Shown here piece by piece: positions 1 through 8,527 of a stretch of DNA of 30,934 bases. Where the stretch lies: positions 1-30,934 of the forward strand of contig DATCFX010000901.1 in the NCBI GenBank assembly GCA_036509275.1. Reading direction: 5' to 3'. Each line of letters begins with the position of its first letter. The first letter of the stretch is position 1. The notes under the pieces were generated by a model. It was given only the letters and a program-made list of their open reading frames with translations. It did no database searches and was not told the DNA's origin. Source of the DNA: Pirellulales bacterium. Lineage in GTDB: Bacteria; Planctomycetota; Planctomycetia; Pirellulales; PNKZ01. Made by a program: the position numbers and the translations under genes.

Positions 1-1
1 T

Positions 2-274
2 CACGCGCTGGCGCGCGAGGTGCCCGGCGTGGGCATTGCCGTGCCGACGTTCGTGCCGCCGATCGTCGCGTCCATTGTGGCGGTGATCTTATCGCGGCAA
101 TCCGCAGCACCCTTGGCTTACATCGCCGGCAGCATGGGCATTCTCGTCGGCGCGGATCTCAGCAATCTCGGCTCGCTCACGACGCTCGGCGGCACCGTCG
201 CCTCGATCGGCGGCGCCGGCACCTTCGACGGCATCTTCCTCACCGGCATCCTCGCCGTGCTACTAGCCTGGTAA
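2..274 (+). CDS. DUF1614-family membrane protein, 3' part only (start lies outside the window)
   Basis: The frame is open from base 2: HALAREVPGVGIAVPTFVPP...LAYIAGSMGILVGADL...SIGGAGTFDGIFLTGILAVLL. These match the DUF1614 motifs VPGVGI, GADL and SIGGAGTFDGIFL. Confidence 0.8.
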   Translation, partial: HALAREVPGVGIAVPTFVPPIVASIVAVILSRQSAAPLAYIAGSMGILVGADLSNLGSLTTLGGTVASIGGAGTFDGIFLTGILAVLLAW

Positions 275-289
275 TGCCAGGCGCTGAGT

Positions 290-1324
290 TCATTTCGTTG
301 GCGGCGGCGCAGGCGGAGGCGGTTGGGGCACGCTCTTGCCGCTGAGGAACATCAGCGCGAGGCTGGTGGCGATCAGCGGGTTGCCTTCGTCGGGATTGTC
401 GGCCAGGGACCAGGCGCCGGTTTGGCGGTCTTGCCGCTTGAGCACGAGGTCGCTGCCTTCGCGGAACCAGTCGTGGTCATTGATGCGGGCCTGGTTGGTC
501 AAGCGGCCGGCCGCTTCGAGCGTGTTAAGATAGTAGAACAGCCAAGGCAGCTCGACGCCCTTGAGGCCGGGGTTCTTGTCGATCGAGTAGTTCTGTTTGA
601 GCCAGGCCAGCCCGCGCTCAGCCGACTTCCGGGCGCGCTCGGCCAGCTTAGGATCGTGGGCCTCGCGACCAGCGGCCATGACCACCGAGGCGATGCCCGA
701 GCAGGTCATGCTGCCGGTGCCGAACAGGCCCGGCGCATAGCCCCAGCTTCCGTCGTCGTTCTGATTATTGAGCCAGTACTCGAGTCCGCGCCGCCAGGTT
801 TGCGGGTCGGCTTTGACGCCGGCCTTCTCGGCCGCGTGCAGGCCGAGCAGTGCGAAGCGGGTATTCGAATTGTCGGCCACGCCGCGCGGCTGGCCATAGC
901 CCCAGGCGCCGCTGATGGCATCGCTCTTGTACTGATTGGCCTCGAGCCACTTCACGTCGCGTTCGATGAGCTGGCGATCGGCCCGGGGTTCGGCGGCGGC
1001 AAACACCATCATCGTCAAAGCGGTGGTGTACGTGCGATTGGGTTGCGATTGCCGCAGCAGCTTGAGTGCCCGCTGAAGGTGATCGTCGGCGACGGGCACG
1101 TCCGCGTCGAGCAGGGCCAGCGTACACAGGGTGGTCACGCCGTGGGGAAAGCCGGGTAAGTCGGGCCACCCGCCCGAGGCGTCCTGGCGTTGCTCGATGT
1201 AAGCCACGGCCTGGCGCGTGGCGGTGGCCCGATCGACGTCGGCGGCCCGGACGGCGGAAATCAAGGTGGTCGCTAGTAGTCCCACGACCGCTGTAGCCAG
1301 TGCCCAGAGGACAAATACTTTCAT
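290..1324 (-). CDS. Exported prenyltransferase/squalene-oxidase-repeat (alpha/alpha barrel) protein
   Basis: QW-like repeats (QDASGGW, QNDDGSWGY, QDRQTGAW), a DNSNT motif, a hydrophobic N-terminal signal and a Pro-rich tail. ATG at 1324 has an AAGGTG SD-like sequence upstream. Confidence 0.75.
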   Translation of the reverse strand: MKVFVLWALATAVVGLLATTLISAVRAADVDRATATRQAVAYIEQRQDASGGWPDLPGFPHGVTTLCTLALLDADVPVADDHLQRALKLLRQSQPNRTYTTALTMMVFAAAEPRADRQLIERDVKWLEANQYKSDAISGAWGYGQPRGVADNSNTRFALLGLHAAEKAGVKADPQTWRRGLEYWLNNQNDDGSWGYAPGLFGTGSMTCSGIASVVMAAGREAHDPKLAERARKSAERGLAWLKQNYSIDKNPGLKGVELPWLFYYLNTLEAAGRLTNQARINDHDWFREGSDLVLKRQDRQTGAWSLADNPDEGNPLIATSLALMFLSGKSVPQPPPPAPPPTK

Positions 1325-1469
1325 GTCAGCTCGCACCTTTCCCTCCTGGCGACTGCCAACGCCTCAGGTGGTTCTGGATGGATTTGAACAGCAGGCCGCC
1401 AATGGTGCGGGCAGCAGCGCGGCGGGTATTGTATCATTGCGGCAAGCTTGTCCAGCCGGTCCTTGGCAA

Positions 1470-2318
1470 ATGGCTAGCAACTTCATGACAACGCAACCAG
1501 CCACCGGCGGGCCGGCCTCCGGCAGCCCGGCCCCCAGCGGAATCATCACGCTGTTGACGGATTTCGGCACGGGGAGCCACTACGTGGCGGCAATGAAGGG
1601 TGTCATTTTGTCGCTCAACCGGCAGGCGGAGATCGTGGATTTGACGCATGGCATTCGGCCGCAGGATATTCGCCAGGGTGCGTGGACTCTGGCCGAGGTC
1701 GCCGAGCGGTTTCCGGCCGGCACGATTCACGTGGGGGTCGTCGATCCGGGGGTCGGCAGCGGGCGCCGCATCGTGTACGCGGCGCTCGGCGAGCAGTATT
1801 TTGTGGCCCCCGACAACGGGCTGCTCAGCCGCTTGGCCTTGCGGAGCCGACCCTCTAAGATAGTCTCGATTGAAGACCCCCGATTTTGGCGCCCCAGCGT
1901 ATCTTGTACGTTCCACGGCCGCGACATCATGGCCCCGGTCGCGGCGCATCTGAGTTTGGGGCTTCATCCCGACGAGCTGGGACAGGCGTTGGGTGAATTG
2001 GTCATGCTCGACTGGGCGGAGGTGCATGTTTTGCCAGGCAAGATTCAAGGTACGGTTAGCTCGATTGATTCGTTCGGAAATCTGATTACCGACATCACGT
2101 CCGACATGCTCCGCGACACGCCGACCGGCGAAGACACGCGTGTCGCCTGCGACGAGCACGAGACATTGGGCATTTTTCGGACGTATGCTGACCAGCCCCC
2201 GATGACCCTCGTGGCCTTGATCGGCTCCAGCGGTTACCTGGAACTGGCCATCGTTGGCGATAGTGCCGCCGCCATGCTGGGCATCCGCAGCGGTACGCCG
2301 GTGACGGTCAGTTGGTAG
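1470..2318 (+). CDS. SAM hydroxide adenosyltransferase (DUF62; SAM-dependent chlorinase/fluorinase superfamily)
   Basis: Motifs ITLLTDFG, DLTHGI, VVDPGVGSGRR, PDNGLL, TFHGRDIMAP, IDSFGNLIT and GYLELA. The start could be 1470 or 1485. Confidence 0.9.
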   Translation: MASNFMTTQPATGGPASGSPAPSGIITLLTDFGTGSHYVAAMKGVILSLNRQAEIVDLTHGIRPQDIRQGAWTLAEVAERFPAGTIHVGVVDPGVGSGRRIVYAALGEQYFVAPDNGLLSRLALRSRPSKIVSIEDPRFWRPSVSCTFHGRDIMAPVAAHLSLGLHPDELGQALGELVMLDWAEVHVLPGKIQGTVSSIDSFGNLITDITSDMLRDTPTGEDTRVACDEHETLGIFRTYADQPPMTLVALIGSSGYLELAIVGDSAAAMLGIRSGTPVTVSW

Positions 2319-2329
2319 CGACCCGTGCC

Positions 2330-2403
2330 AGGATCAACCTCACTCTGCTCTCTCCGACAAGCGGAGAGGGGGTTGCCGAGAAGTTGTTTTTCGGCCGATC
2401 CCT
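2330..2403. repeat. Truncated copy of the ~103 bp MITE-like element
   Basis: Inner hairpin CTCTCCG-ACAAG-CGGAGAG and right arm GAAGTTGTTTTTCGGCCGATCC match the copies at 15440 and 25834. Most of the left arm is missing. Confidence 0.6.
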
Positions 2404-2421
2404 CTGCCGCGCAGGTTTCCG

Positions 2422-3783
2422 ATGCAGCAACCGAGCCGCGATGATCTCGAGCGTTGGGACCGGCAGCATGTCTGGCATGCGTTCACGCAGATGGCCGCGT
2501 ACGAGCCGCTGCTACTGGAGCGCGGGCAGGGCTCGAAGCTCTTCGACATCGACGGCCGCGAGCTGCTCGACGGCGTGAGCAGCCTGTGGTGCAACGTCCA
2601 CGGCCATCGCCATCCGCACATCGACGCCGCCATCCGCGACCAGCTCGACCGCGTGGCGCATACGACTTTGTTGGGCGCTTCGAACTCCAGCACGATCCGG
2701 CTGGCACGGCGGCTAGTCGAGCTGACGCCGGCAGGACTGGAGCACGTTTTTTTTTCCAGCGACGGGGCATCCGCCGTCGAGGTGGCCATCAAACTGGCGC
2801 TGCAATACTGGCGGCAATGCCCTCGGCCGCAGCCGGCCAAGATCTGTTACGTGGCGCTGGCGGATGCCTACCACGGCGACACGATCGGCGGCGTGAGCGT
2901 GGGCGGCGTCGAGCGGTTCCACGCCATGTTCGAGCCGCTGCTGTTCGAGGTGCTGCGCCTTCCGCGCCCCGGGCTGTACCGTTTGCCGCCATCGGTCACT
3001 GCCGCCACCGCCTGCGAGCACTATCTGGCCCAGGCCGAAGCCTTGCTGGCCGAGCATCACGCCCGGATCGCGGCCTTTGTGATCGAGCCGCTGGTGCAGG
3101 CGGCGGCCGGGATCGTCACGCATCCGCCGGGCTACTTGCGCGGCCTTCGCGAGCTCACGCGGCGTCACGACGTGCTGCTGATCGCCGACGAAGTGGCCGT
3201 GGGCTTTGGCCGCACAGGCACGCTGTTCGCCTGCCAGCAGGAAGAGGTCTCGCCCGACTTGCTTTGTCTGGGCAAAGGGCTGACCGGCGGCTATCTGCCG
3301 ATGGCGGCGACCCTGGCCAGCGACGAGATCTATCGGGCGTTTCTCGCACCCTATGAGCAATCGCGGCAATTCTTTCACGGACATACCTACAGCGGCAATC
3401 CACTGGCGGCCGCCGCCGCGCTGGCATCGCTGGAAGTGTTTGAGCAGGACGCGGTGCTTGAGCGGCTGCCGGCAAAGATTGCCTGTCTTGCCCAGCATCT
3501 GGCGCGTATCAGCCAGCATTCGCATGTCGGCGATGTGCGTCAGTGCGGCTTGATGGCCGGCATTGAGCTGGTGCGCGACCGACAGACGCAGGAGCCGTAT
3601 CCTTGGGCCGAGGGCCGCGGCTTGCGCGCGTGTCGCGTGGCGCTGGAGCATGGCGTGCTGTTGCGGCCGCTTGGCAATGTGCTGGTGGTCATGCCGCCGC
3701 TAGCCGTGTCGCTCGAAGAGCTGGATCAGATCATGCTGTCAGTCGAGCGCGGCATCGAAGCGGCCACGGAAGCGCGAACGTGA
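2422..3783 (+). CDS. bioA: Adenosylmethionine-8-amino-7-oxononanoate (DAPA) aminotransferase
   Basis: WHAFTQM, DGVSSLWCNVHGH, SDGASAVEVAIK, YHGDTIG, IADEVAVGFGRTG, PLP lysine in LGKGLTGGYLP, HGHTYSGNPL and LRPLGN. Confidence 0.93.
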   Translation: MQQPSRDDLERWDRQHVWHAFTQMAAYEPLLLERGQGSKLFDIDGRELLDGVSSLWCNVHGHRHPHIDAAIRDQLDRVAHTTLLGASNSSTIRLARRLVELTPAGLEHVFFSSDGASAVEVAIKLALQYWRQCPRPQPAKICYVALADAYHGDTIGGVSVGGVERFHAMFEPLLFEVLRLPRPGLYRLPPSVTAATACEHYLAQAEALLAEHHARIAAFVIEPLVQAAAGIVTHPPGYLRGLRELTRRHDVLLIADEVAVGFGRTGTLFACQQEEVSPDLLCLGKGLTGGYLPMAATLASDEIYRAFLAPYEQSRQFFHGHTYSGNPLAAAAALASLEVFEQDAVLERLPAKIACLAQHLARISQHSHVGDVRQCGLMAGIELVRDRQTQEPYPWAEGRGLRACRVALEHGVLLRPLGNVLVVMPPLAVSLEELDQIMLSVERGIEAATEART

Positions 3784-3801
3784 ACTTCCTGTTCGCGGCG
3801 C

Positions 3802-3830
3802 GTGACAAGCATGTTGGGCGCCGATAGAAT
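3802..3830 (+). promoter_or_regulatory. Putative sigma70-type promoter for the SGNH gene
   Basis: GTGACA (3802-3807), 17 bp spacer, TAGAAT (3825-3830), about 80 bp upstream of ATG 3913. Confidence 0.45.
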
Positions 3831-3912
3831 GCGAGGGCCGACCAATCTCTTGTCGATCGCGCCGTTACGAATTTCTTTGGCCAGGCATCGGAGGCTTGGT
3901 GTGCAGCAGAGG

Positions 3913-4578
3913 ATGCGAATCGTATTTTTGGGCGATTCCGTAACGGCGGGCTTCGGCCTGGCCGAGGACCAGCCGAACTATGTGCAACTTCTGCACGCAC
4001 ATTGCCGCCGCGCGGTGTTGTCCGCGGAGTGTATCGCCAGCGCGCTGGATGGCATCGACACGGCGTACGCGCTCAAGCGATTTGACCGCATGGTCACGGC
4101 CTTCGACCCAGACTGGGTCGTGGTGATGCTGGGGCTCAACGATGCCCTGCCCGCCGGCCAGCGCACGCGCACGTCGCCCACCGAGTTTCAGAACAACCTG
4201 CTGGGGCTCGTCGATCGCATTTTGGCGCTGGGGGCTCGGCCCGTGTTGATTGCGCCGAATCCGCGCATCGAGTGCCAGGCTGGTGACACGCCTCAACGGG
4301 TCGATGTGATGCCGGACTACCTGGCAGCCGTGCGCCAGGCCGCCGAACAGGTCGATCTGCCGTGGATCGATCTGCACGTGCGCTTTTGCTCCGGTGATTT
4401 GCCAGAGCTGCTGCCCGACGGCGTTCACCCCAGCGCGGCCGGGCATCGGCTGATTGCCGAGACTTTGGCCGGCGAGTTGCCCTGCCTCTGGCCGAGTGCG
4501 CCCCACGAGCGCATCGGGCCGCACGAGCGCATCGATCGCGAAGCTGCCGCCGAGTGGACGCTGCCCCGCGTCTTGTAG
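3913..4578 (+). CDS. SGNH/GDSL hydrolase family protein
   Basis: Block I FLGDSVT, block II G (DGIDT), block III LGLND and block V DGVHPS. ATG at 3913 is preceded by AGAGG. Confidence 0.85.
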   Translation: MRIVFLGDSVTAGFGLAEDQPNYVQLLHAHCRRAVLSAECIASALDGIDTAYALKRFDRMVTAFDPDWVVVMLGLNDALPAGQRTRTSPTEFQNNLLGLVDRILALGARPVLIAPNPRIECQAGDTPQRVDVMPDYLAAVRQAAEQVDLPWIDLHVRFCSGDLPELLPDGVHPSAAGHRLIAETLAGELPCLWPSAPHERIGPHERIDREAAAEWTLPRVL

Positions 4579-4658
4579 GTGCCGCGAGCCGAGCGGCACC
4601 GGCGTTACCAGGCGAGCTGCTGTCGCCCAAAGGGTCCGGCTCGGCTCGCCGGACCTAC
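4575..4658. repeat. Inverted doublet of GTAG-type REPs (REPIN-like), family B; probable bidirectional terminator
   Basis: GTAG-GTGCCGC-GAGCCGA-GCGGCAC at 4575-4600, and the reverse complement of GTAG-GTCCGGC-GAGCCGA-GCCGGAC at 4633-4658. It lies between convergent genes. Confidence 0.8.
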
Positions 4659-4676
4659 GGGCAAGAAACGGCCCGG

Positions 4677-5060
4677 CTAATTCTTCTTGGTCGCTTTGGC
4701 GGGAGTCGCCTTCTTGCCGGTCGTTGGGCTGGCGTTGATCTCAGCCGGGGTAATGTTCGCATAGGGGTGCGGGATCTTGCCGAGCCGCACGTCGCGCCAG
4801 TACTTGTTGTAGGCGGTCTTTTCGCTCACGTCGATCTTGCCGTTCTTGTTCAGATCGAAGCGATCCATCAAGTCTTTGTCACGCTTTTGTTGGGCCTTTG
4901 CCATGTTTTGTTGCATCTGCTGTTGTTGCTGGATGTATTGCTGCATGGCCTTCTTCTGCGCAGGGCTAGGGCCGCCGCGGGCTTCGGCGTTGGAAGCCAG
5001 TAACAGACTGCCGACAAGGGCAATTACGACCGCCAAACTCGCTGGCCAGGTTGGTCTCAT
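4677..5060 (-). CDS. Small exported EF-hand protein
   Basis: Signal peptide ending ...SNAEA, a Gln-rich helix, one EF-hand loop DLNKNGKIDVSE and a Lys-rich tail. Confidence 0.75.
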   Translation of the reverse strand: MRPTWPASLAVVIALVGSLLLASNAEARGGPSPAQKKAMQQYIQQQQQMQQNMAKAQQKRDKDLMDRFDLNKNGKIDVSEKTAYNKYWRDVRLGKIPHPYANITPAEINASPTTGKKATPAKATKKN

Positions 5061-5376
5061 TGCGTGCCTTCGATTCTTTTAGGCGTGGTGGGATGCGGGG
5101 GGGGGCGGGAACTCACGCGGATGCCCGCGCAGGCGCATCCTATCGAGACACCCGAAAACTGTCAAAAAAACCGCCGCATAGTTACAGCAAAGTAATGCAA
5201 CCGAGGTCCAGGTAGCGCAGTCCGGCCTGGATTTGGTCGATCGCGGCCGGCTTGCTCGACGCCGGGCCGAGCTGGCAGGATTCGATTTGCTTCGTTCTTC
5301 GGCTGCAAATTAAGATGAATTGCGTAGCTTACCAAACCGCACTCCGATGCACCGAATGGACAGCCCTCTGACCGCG

Positions 5377-6255
5377 ATGGCCCGTCACCCTTATTATCGA
5401 CCATCGGTCTTGCTGGGCGTCGCGATTTACGGCGCGGCGGCGGTGCTACTGCTGGCATGCGGCCGGTGCTGGGCAGCGAACGAAAAGGTCGATCAGGCCG
5501 AAACAGCCGAACCGCGGGTCACGCTCAAACCGGCCGACGCCGACGGCGATGGCCAAGTGACCCGGGCCGAGTGGGGCCGACTGATGCAACGCTTCAGCCG
5601 CTTGGACGCCAACCATGACGGGGCGATCGACCGGGCGGAGTTGCAGGCGGACGCCAAAACATCCGAATCGCCCATCCTGCTGCCGGCGGCCGATACGGAC
5701 GGCGACGGCCAGCTTTCGCGGGCCGAGTGGAAGCGGTTGGCCCAAGGCTTTCGACGATTCGATGGCAATCACGATGGAGCGCTGGACTTGCCCGAACTCG
5801 AGGCCGTGGCGGCGGCGACGGCCGACATCGTCCAGGCGGTCCGAGCGATGCCCAGCCTCAATGGGCTATGGCGCGGTTGGATCGTCGAAGGTCGGGGCGA
5901 AAACCCCAACGCCGGCATGCTGCACATGGAGTTGGCCATTACCGGCAACCGCATCGCTGGCCGCGAAGTCAAACCGCTGGAAGGCGATGCACCGCTCGCC
6001 GTGCGGGGTGCCAATGCGACGCCCGACCTGGGCATTGGCACGTTCGTGACGACCCGCAACGGCCGCGGGGGCTTTTTCGACGCGATGTACTTGAGCGGCC
6101 CGCACTCGGGGCAGACCTGCCTTGGACTGTATCGGCTGGAAGGCGACGTCTTGTACTGGTGTGCCACGAACCGCTCGGGGCAGCGGCCGGACATTTTTTC
6201 CAGTGGCAACGGCTGCTACTTGATGATCCTGCACCGCACGCCGGCGGCGAAGTGA
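5377..6255 (+). CDS. Exported protein with four EF-hands and a C-terminal TIGR03067-like planctomycete domain
   Basis: Signal peptide; loops DADGDGQVTRAE, DANHDGAIDRAE, DTDGDGQLSRAE and DGNHDGALDLPE; C-terminal LNGLW...GLYRLEGDVLYWC...RPDIFSS. Start uncertain (5347-5377). Confidence 0.75.
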   Translation: MARHPYYRPSVLLGVAIYGAAAVLLLACGRCWAANEKVDQAETAEPRVTLKPADADGDGQVTRAEWGRLMQRFSRLDANHDGAIDRAELQADAKTSESPILLPAADTDGDGQLSRAEWKRLAQGFRRFDGNHDGALDLPELEAVAAATADIVQAVRAMPSLNGLWRGWIVEGRGENPNAGMLHMELAITGNRIAGREVKPLEGDAPLAVRGANATPDLGIGTFVTTRNGRGGFFDAMYLSGPHSGQTCLGLYRLEGDVLYWCATNRSGQRPDIFSSGNGCYLMILHRTPAAK

Positions 6256-6271
6256 ACCCCTCGACGGCCCT

Positions 6272-6343
6272 GTAGCGGAAGTCGTGAGAATTCCGCAGTA
6301 TCGCTGCTGGGTGCCGCGCCGGAAGTCTCACGACTTCCACTAC
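6272..6343. repeat. Inverted doublet of GTAG-type REPs (REPIN-like), family A
   Basis: GTAGCGGAAGTCGTGAGAATTCCGC at 6272-6296, and the reverse complement of GTAGTGGAAGTCGTGAGACTTCCGGC at 6318-6343. It lies between convergent genes. Confidence 0.85.
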
Positions 6344-6359
6344 TGATTGGCGTCCGCAC

Positions 6360-6995
6360 CTACCGTTCGATGTTGCACTCCGGCAGGGCTTTTTTGAGCG
6401 ATTCGACTCCGGCGTCGGTGACTTTCGTCTCGCTCAGCTTGAGAATGGTGAGATGCTTGAGGCTCTTGAGCGGCTCGAGGCCGGCATCGTCGATGGCGGT
6501 GTTCGAGAGATCGAGCGTTTCCAGGTGGGGCACCGCCTTGAGAAACTCGAGGCCGGCGTTGGTGATTTGCGTGCTATTGAGTCCCAGATCCTTGAGATTG
6601 GGCAGGCTGGTGAGCGGCTCGAGGTCGGGGTCGTTGATCTTGCTATCGCCCAGGTCGATCATTTCCAGATCCTTGAGGCCTTTGAGCTTGGCCAGGCCGG
6701 CGCCCGTGACTCCGGTCTTGCTGAGATCGAGCGTGCGCAGGCTGCCCAGCGCGTGGGTTTGCACAAGCGTCGTCAGGGCCTGGTCGTCGACCTTCTTTTC
6801 GCTCAGGTCGATGCTGCGCACCGGGCCGGTGGGCTGGTCGGGCTCGCGACTGGACGTGCCACCCAGGGCCTCGACTTTGGCAATCAATTCGTCGGTGCGG
6901 ATTTTCTCCTGGGACTCTCGGCTGCAGCCGACGGCTACCAGCGGGAGCGCCAGGCAGGCGTGCCAAACGAATTTGCGTGCGGATCGCGTCGACAT
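6360..6995 (-). CDS. Leucine-rich-repeat lipoprotein (planctomycete LRR type)
   Basis: Lipobox-like LVAVGC after a basic/hydrophobic leader; 24-residue LRRs (LRTLDLSKTGVTGAGL, LKDLGLNSTQITNAGL, LETLDLSNTAIDDAGL); C-terminal LKKALPECNI. Confidence 0.85.
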   Translation of the reverse strand: MSTRSARKFVWHACLALPLVAVGCSRESQEKIRTDELIAKVEALGGTSSREPDQPTGPVRSIDLSEKKVDDQALTTLVQTHALGSLRTLDLSKTGVTGAGLAKLKGLKDLEMIDLGDSKINDPDLEPLTSLPNLKDLGLNSTQITNAGLEFLKAVPHLETLDLSNTAIDDAGLEPLKSLKHLTILKLSETKVTDAGVESLKKALPECNIER

Positions 6996-7147
6996 CGAAA
7001 GAGTCCCCCCGGCGTAAGAAATGCGTGCGAAAGCGGCGCGGCTGGCCCGAAAAAAGCCCTGGGCTCGAACGAGGCCTAACATCCGTCCGTACCCAGGGTC
7101 GGGCGCCTCTGGCACCGAAGCTATCGCATTGCCGCCAAGATTGCAAA

Positions 7148-8527
7148 TCAGCCGGCCGGCGGTTCTGCGGCCGCCGTTGCCGACGCAGGGGCACCGGCCG
7201 TGGCCAGTGCGGCAATGACCCGCAACTCGGGCTCTTGCGATAGGTCGACGACGATCGAGTCGTGAGGATCGCCGCCCGGCAGCCACGCGGCCACGACGGG
7301 CCGGGCGTAATCTTCGCCGTTGGAGCGAAGCACCTTGCCGATGCGGCCGTCGCTGATGCGGACAAACGAGCCCACCGGGAATAGCGAGACGGTTTTGAGC
7401 AGTGCGCGGACGGCTGCCGCGTCGAACAGCCCGTCTTTGACCCCGTGCAGCATGCGCTCCAGCGCGTAATAAGGCATCAGCCCTGGCCGATGGGGCCGGG
7501 TCGAGCACAGGGCCAGAAACACGTCGGCCACGGCGGCCACTTTGGCCAATTCGTGGATTTGCCTGGCCGTGCGGCCGCGGGGATAGCCGCTGCCGTTGCA
7601 GCGCTCGTGCATCTGATAGGCGACCATCCGCGAGGCCCGCGGGATCCAGTCGAGTTGCTGGCGGAGCAGGTCGAAGGTGTACAGCGGATGCTTGGCGATT
7701 TCGCGGAAGTCGGTATTGCCCAGGATGCGATTGTCCTGGTAGCGGGCACGCTCGACGCGGAGCATGCCCAGATCATGGATCAGGCAGCCGATGCCCAGTT
7801 CGACGAGCGTGCGGTCGTCGTACTCCAGCGTGGCGCCGATCGAGATGGCCAGCATGGCGGTATGCAGGCTATGGCGGCCGGCGATGTCGCCTGGCGGCGG
7901 GTTGAGGCCCAAGGCCACGAACAAATCGCGGTCTTCGGAGATGCGTTCCAGCCCTTGCTGTGCGATCGATTCCATGCCGGCCACGCTGGCCGTGCGGCCG
8001 GAGTGCATGGCTTGAAAGAACTTTTCGAGCTGGGCCGTCGACTCCTCGAACGTTTGCATAAAACGGGCCACGTCCGTGTCGACGTAGGCGGTGGGCTCCG
8101 GCCGGCGCATCAACGTGGCGAAGGCCGGCCCTTGCGGCACGGCCGACAGGTCGGACTCGCGCGAAATCTCGTCGTCCAACCGCCGGCTGACGACCGTTTC
8201 CCAGCCGCAGGTGATGCCCGCCCGGCTGGGCAGCGCCGTGCGGGCGACTCCTTGCGGTTGGTAGGCGTGGTCCAGCATCGCCGACGACCCGCTGACCGGC
8301 TGGCTCGGGGTCGCGGGCTGATAGCGGCGAACGTTCTCCCGCAATTCCGGTGGCGACGCCTCATCGATGACTGCCAGATACGTGGTGCCGCATTGGGCGC
8401 AGCACCAGTCTTCACCCTGCTCATCGGCGCCGGGCAGCCGCAGCGGCAGAGCGCAGCGACACACCACGCAACTGGCCAAACGGCCAGTGGTTTGTGCTTC
8501 GCTGCGTTGGATGACTTGCATTCCCAT
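7148..8527 (-). CDS. HD-GYP domain protein (putative cyclic-dinucleotide phosphodiesterase) with an N-terminal Zn-ribbon-like motif
   Basis: HSLHTA, CLIHDLGM, HERCNGSGYPRG and VADVFLALCSTRPHR; N-terminal CVVC...CAQC. Confidence 0.88.
   Translation of the reverse strand: MGMQVIQRSEAQTTGRLASCVVCRCALPLRLPGADEQGEDWCCAQCGTTYLAVIDEASPPELRENVRRYQPATPSQPVSGSSAMLDHAYQPQGVARTALPSRAGITCGWETVVSRRLDDEISRESDLSAVPQGPAFATLMRRPEPTAYVDTDVARFMQTFEESTAQLEKFFQAMHSGRTASVAGMESIAQQGLERISEDRDLFVALGLNPPPGDIAGRHSLHTAMLAISIGATLEYDDRTLVELGIGCLIHDLGMLRVERARYQDNRILGNTDFREIAKHPLYTFDLLRQQLDWIPRASRMVAYQMHERCNGSGYPRGRTARQIHELAKVAAVADVFLALCSTRPHRPGLMPYYALERMLHGVKDGLFDAAAVRALLKTVSLFPVGSFVRISDGRIGKVLRSNGEDYARPVVAAWLPGGDPHDSIVVDLSQEPELRVIAALATAGAPASATAAAEPPAG

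Noticed and set aside
290-1324. Squalene-hopene cyclase
   Set aside because: Only ~345 aa (single barrel), has a signal peptide and lacks DxDD.
1470-2318. SAM-dependent fluorinase or chlorinase (halogenase)
   Set aside because: The active-site loop is TFHGRD with the Asp-Arg-His set typical of DUF62 hydrolases, not the halogenase-type loop; no halometabolite genes are nearby.
4504-4534. 13 bp direct repeat CACGAGCGCATCG (PHERI x2) in the SGNH tail
   Set aside because: Only two units: a local duplication with no further structure.
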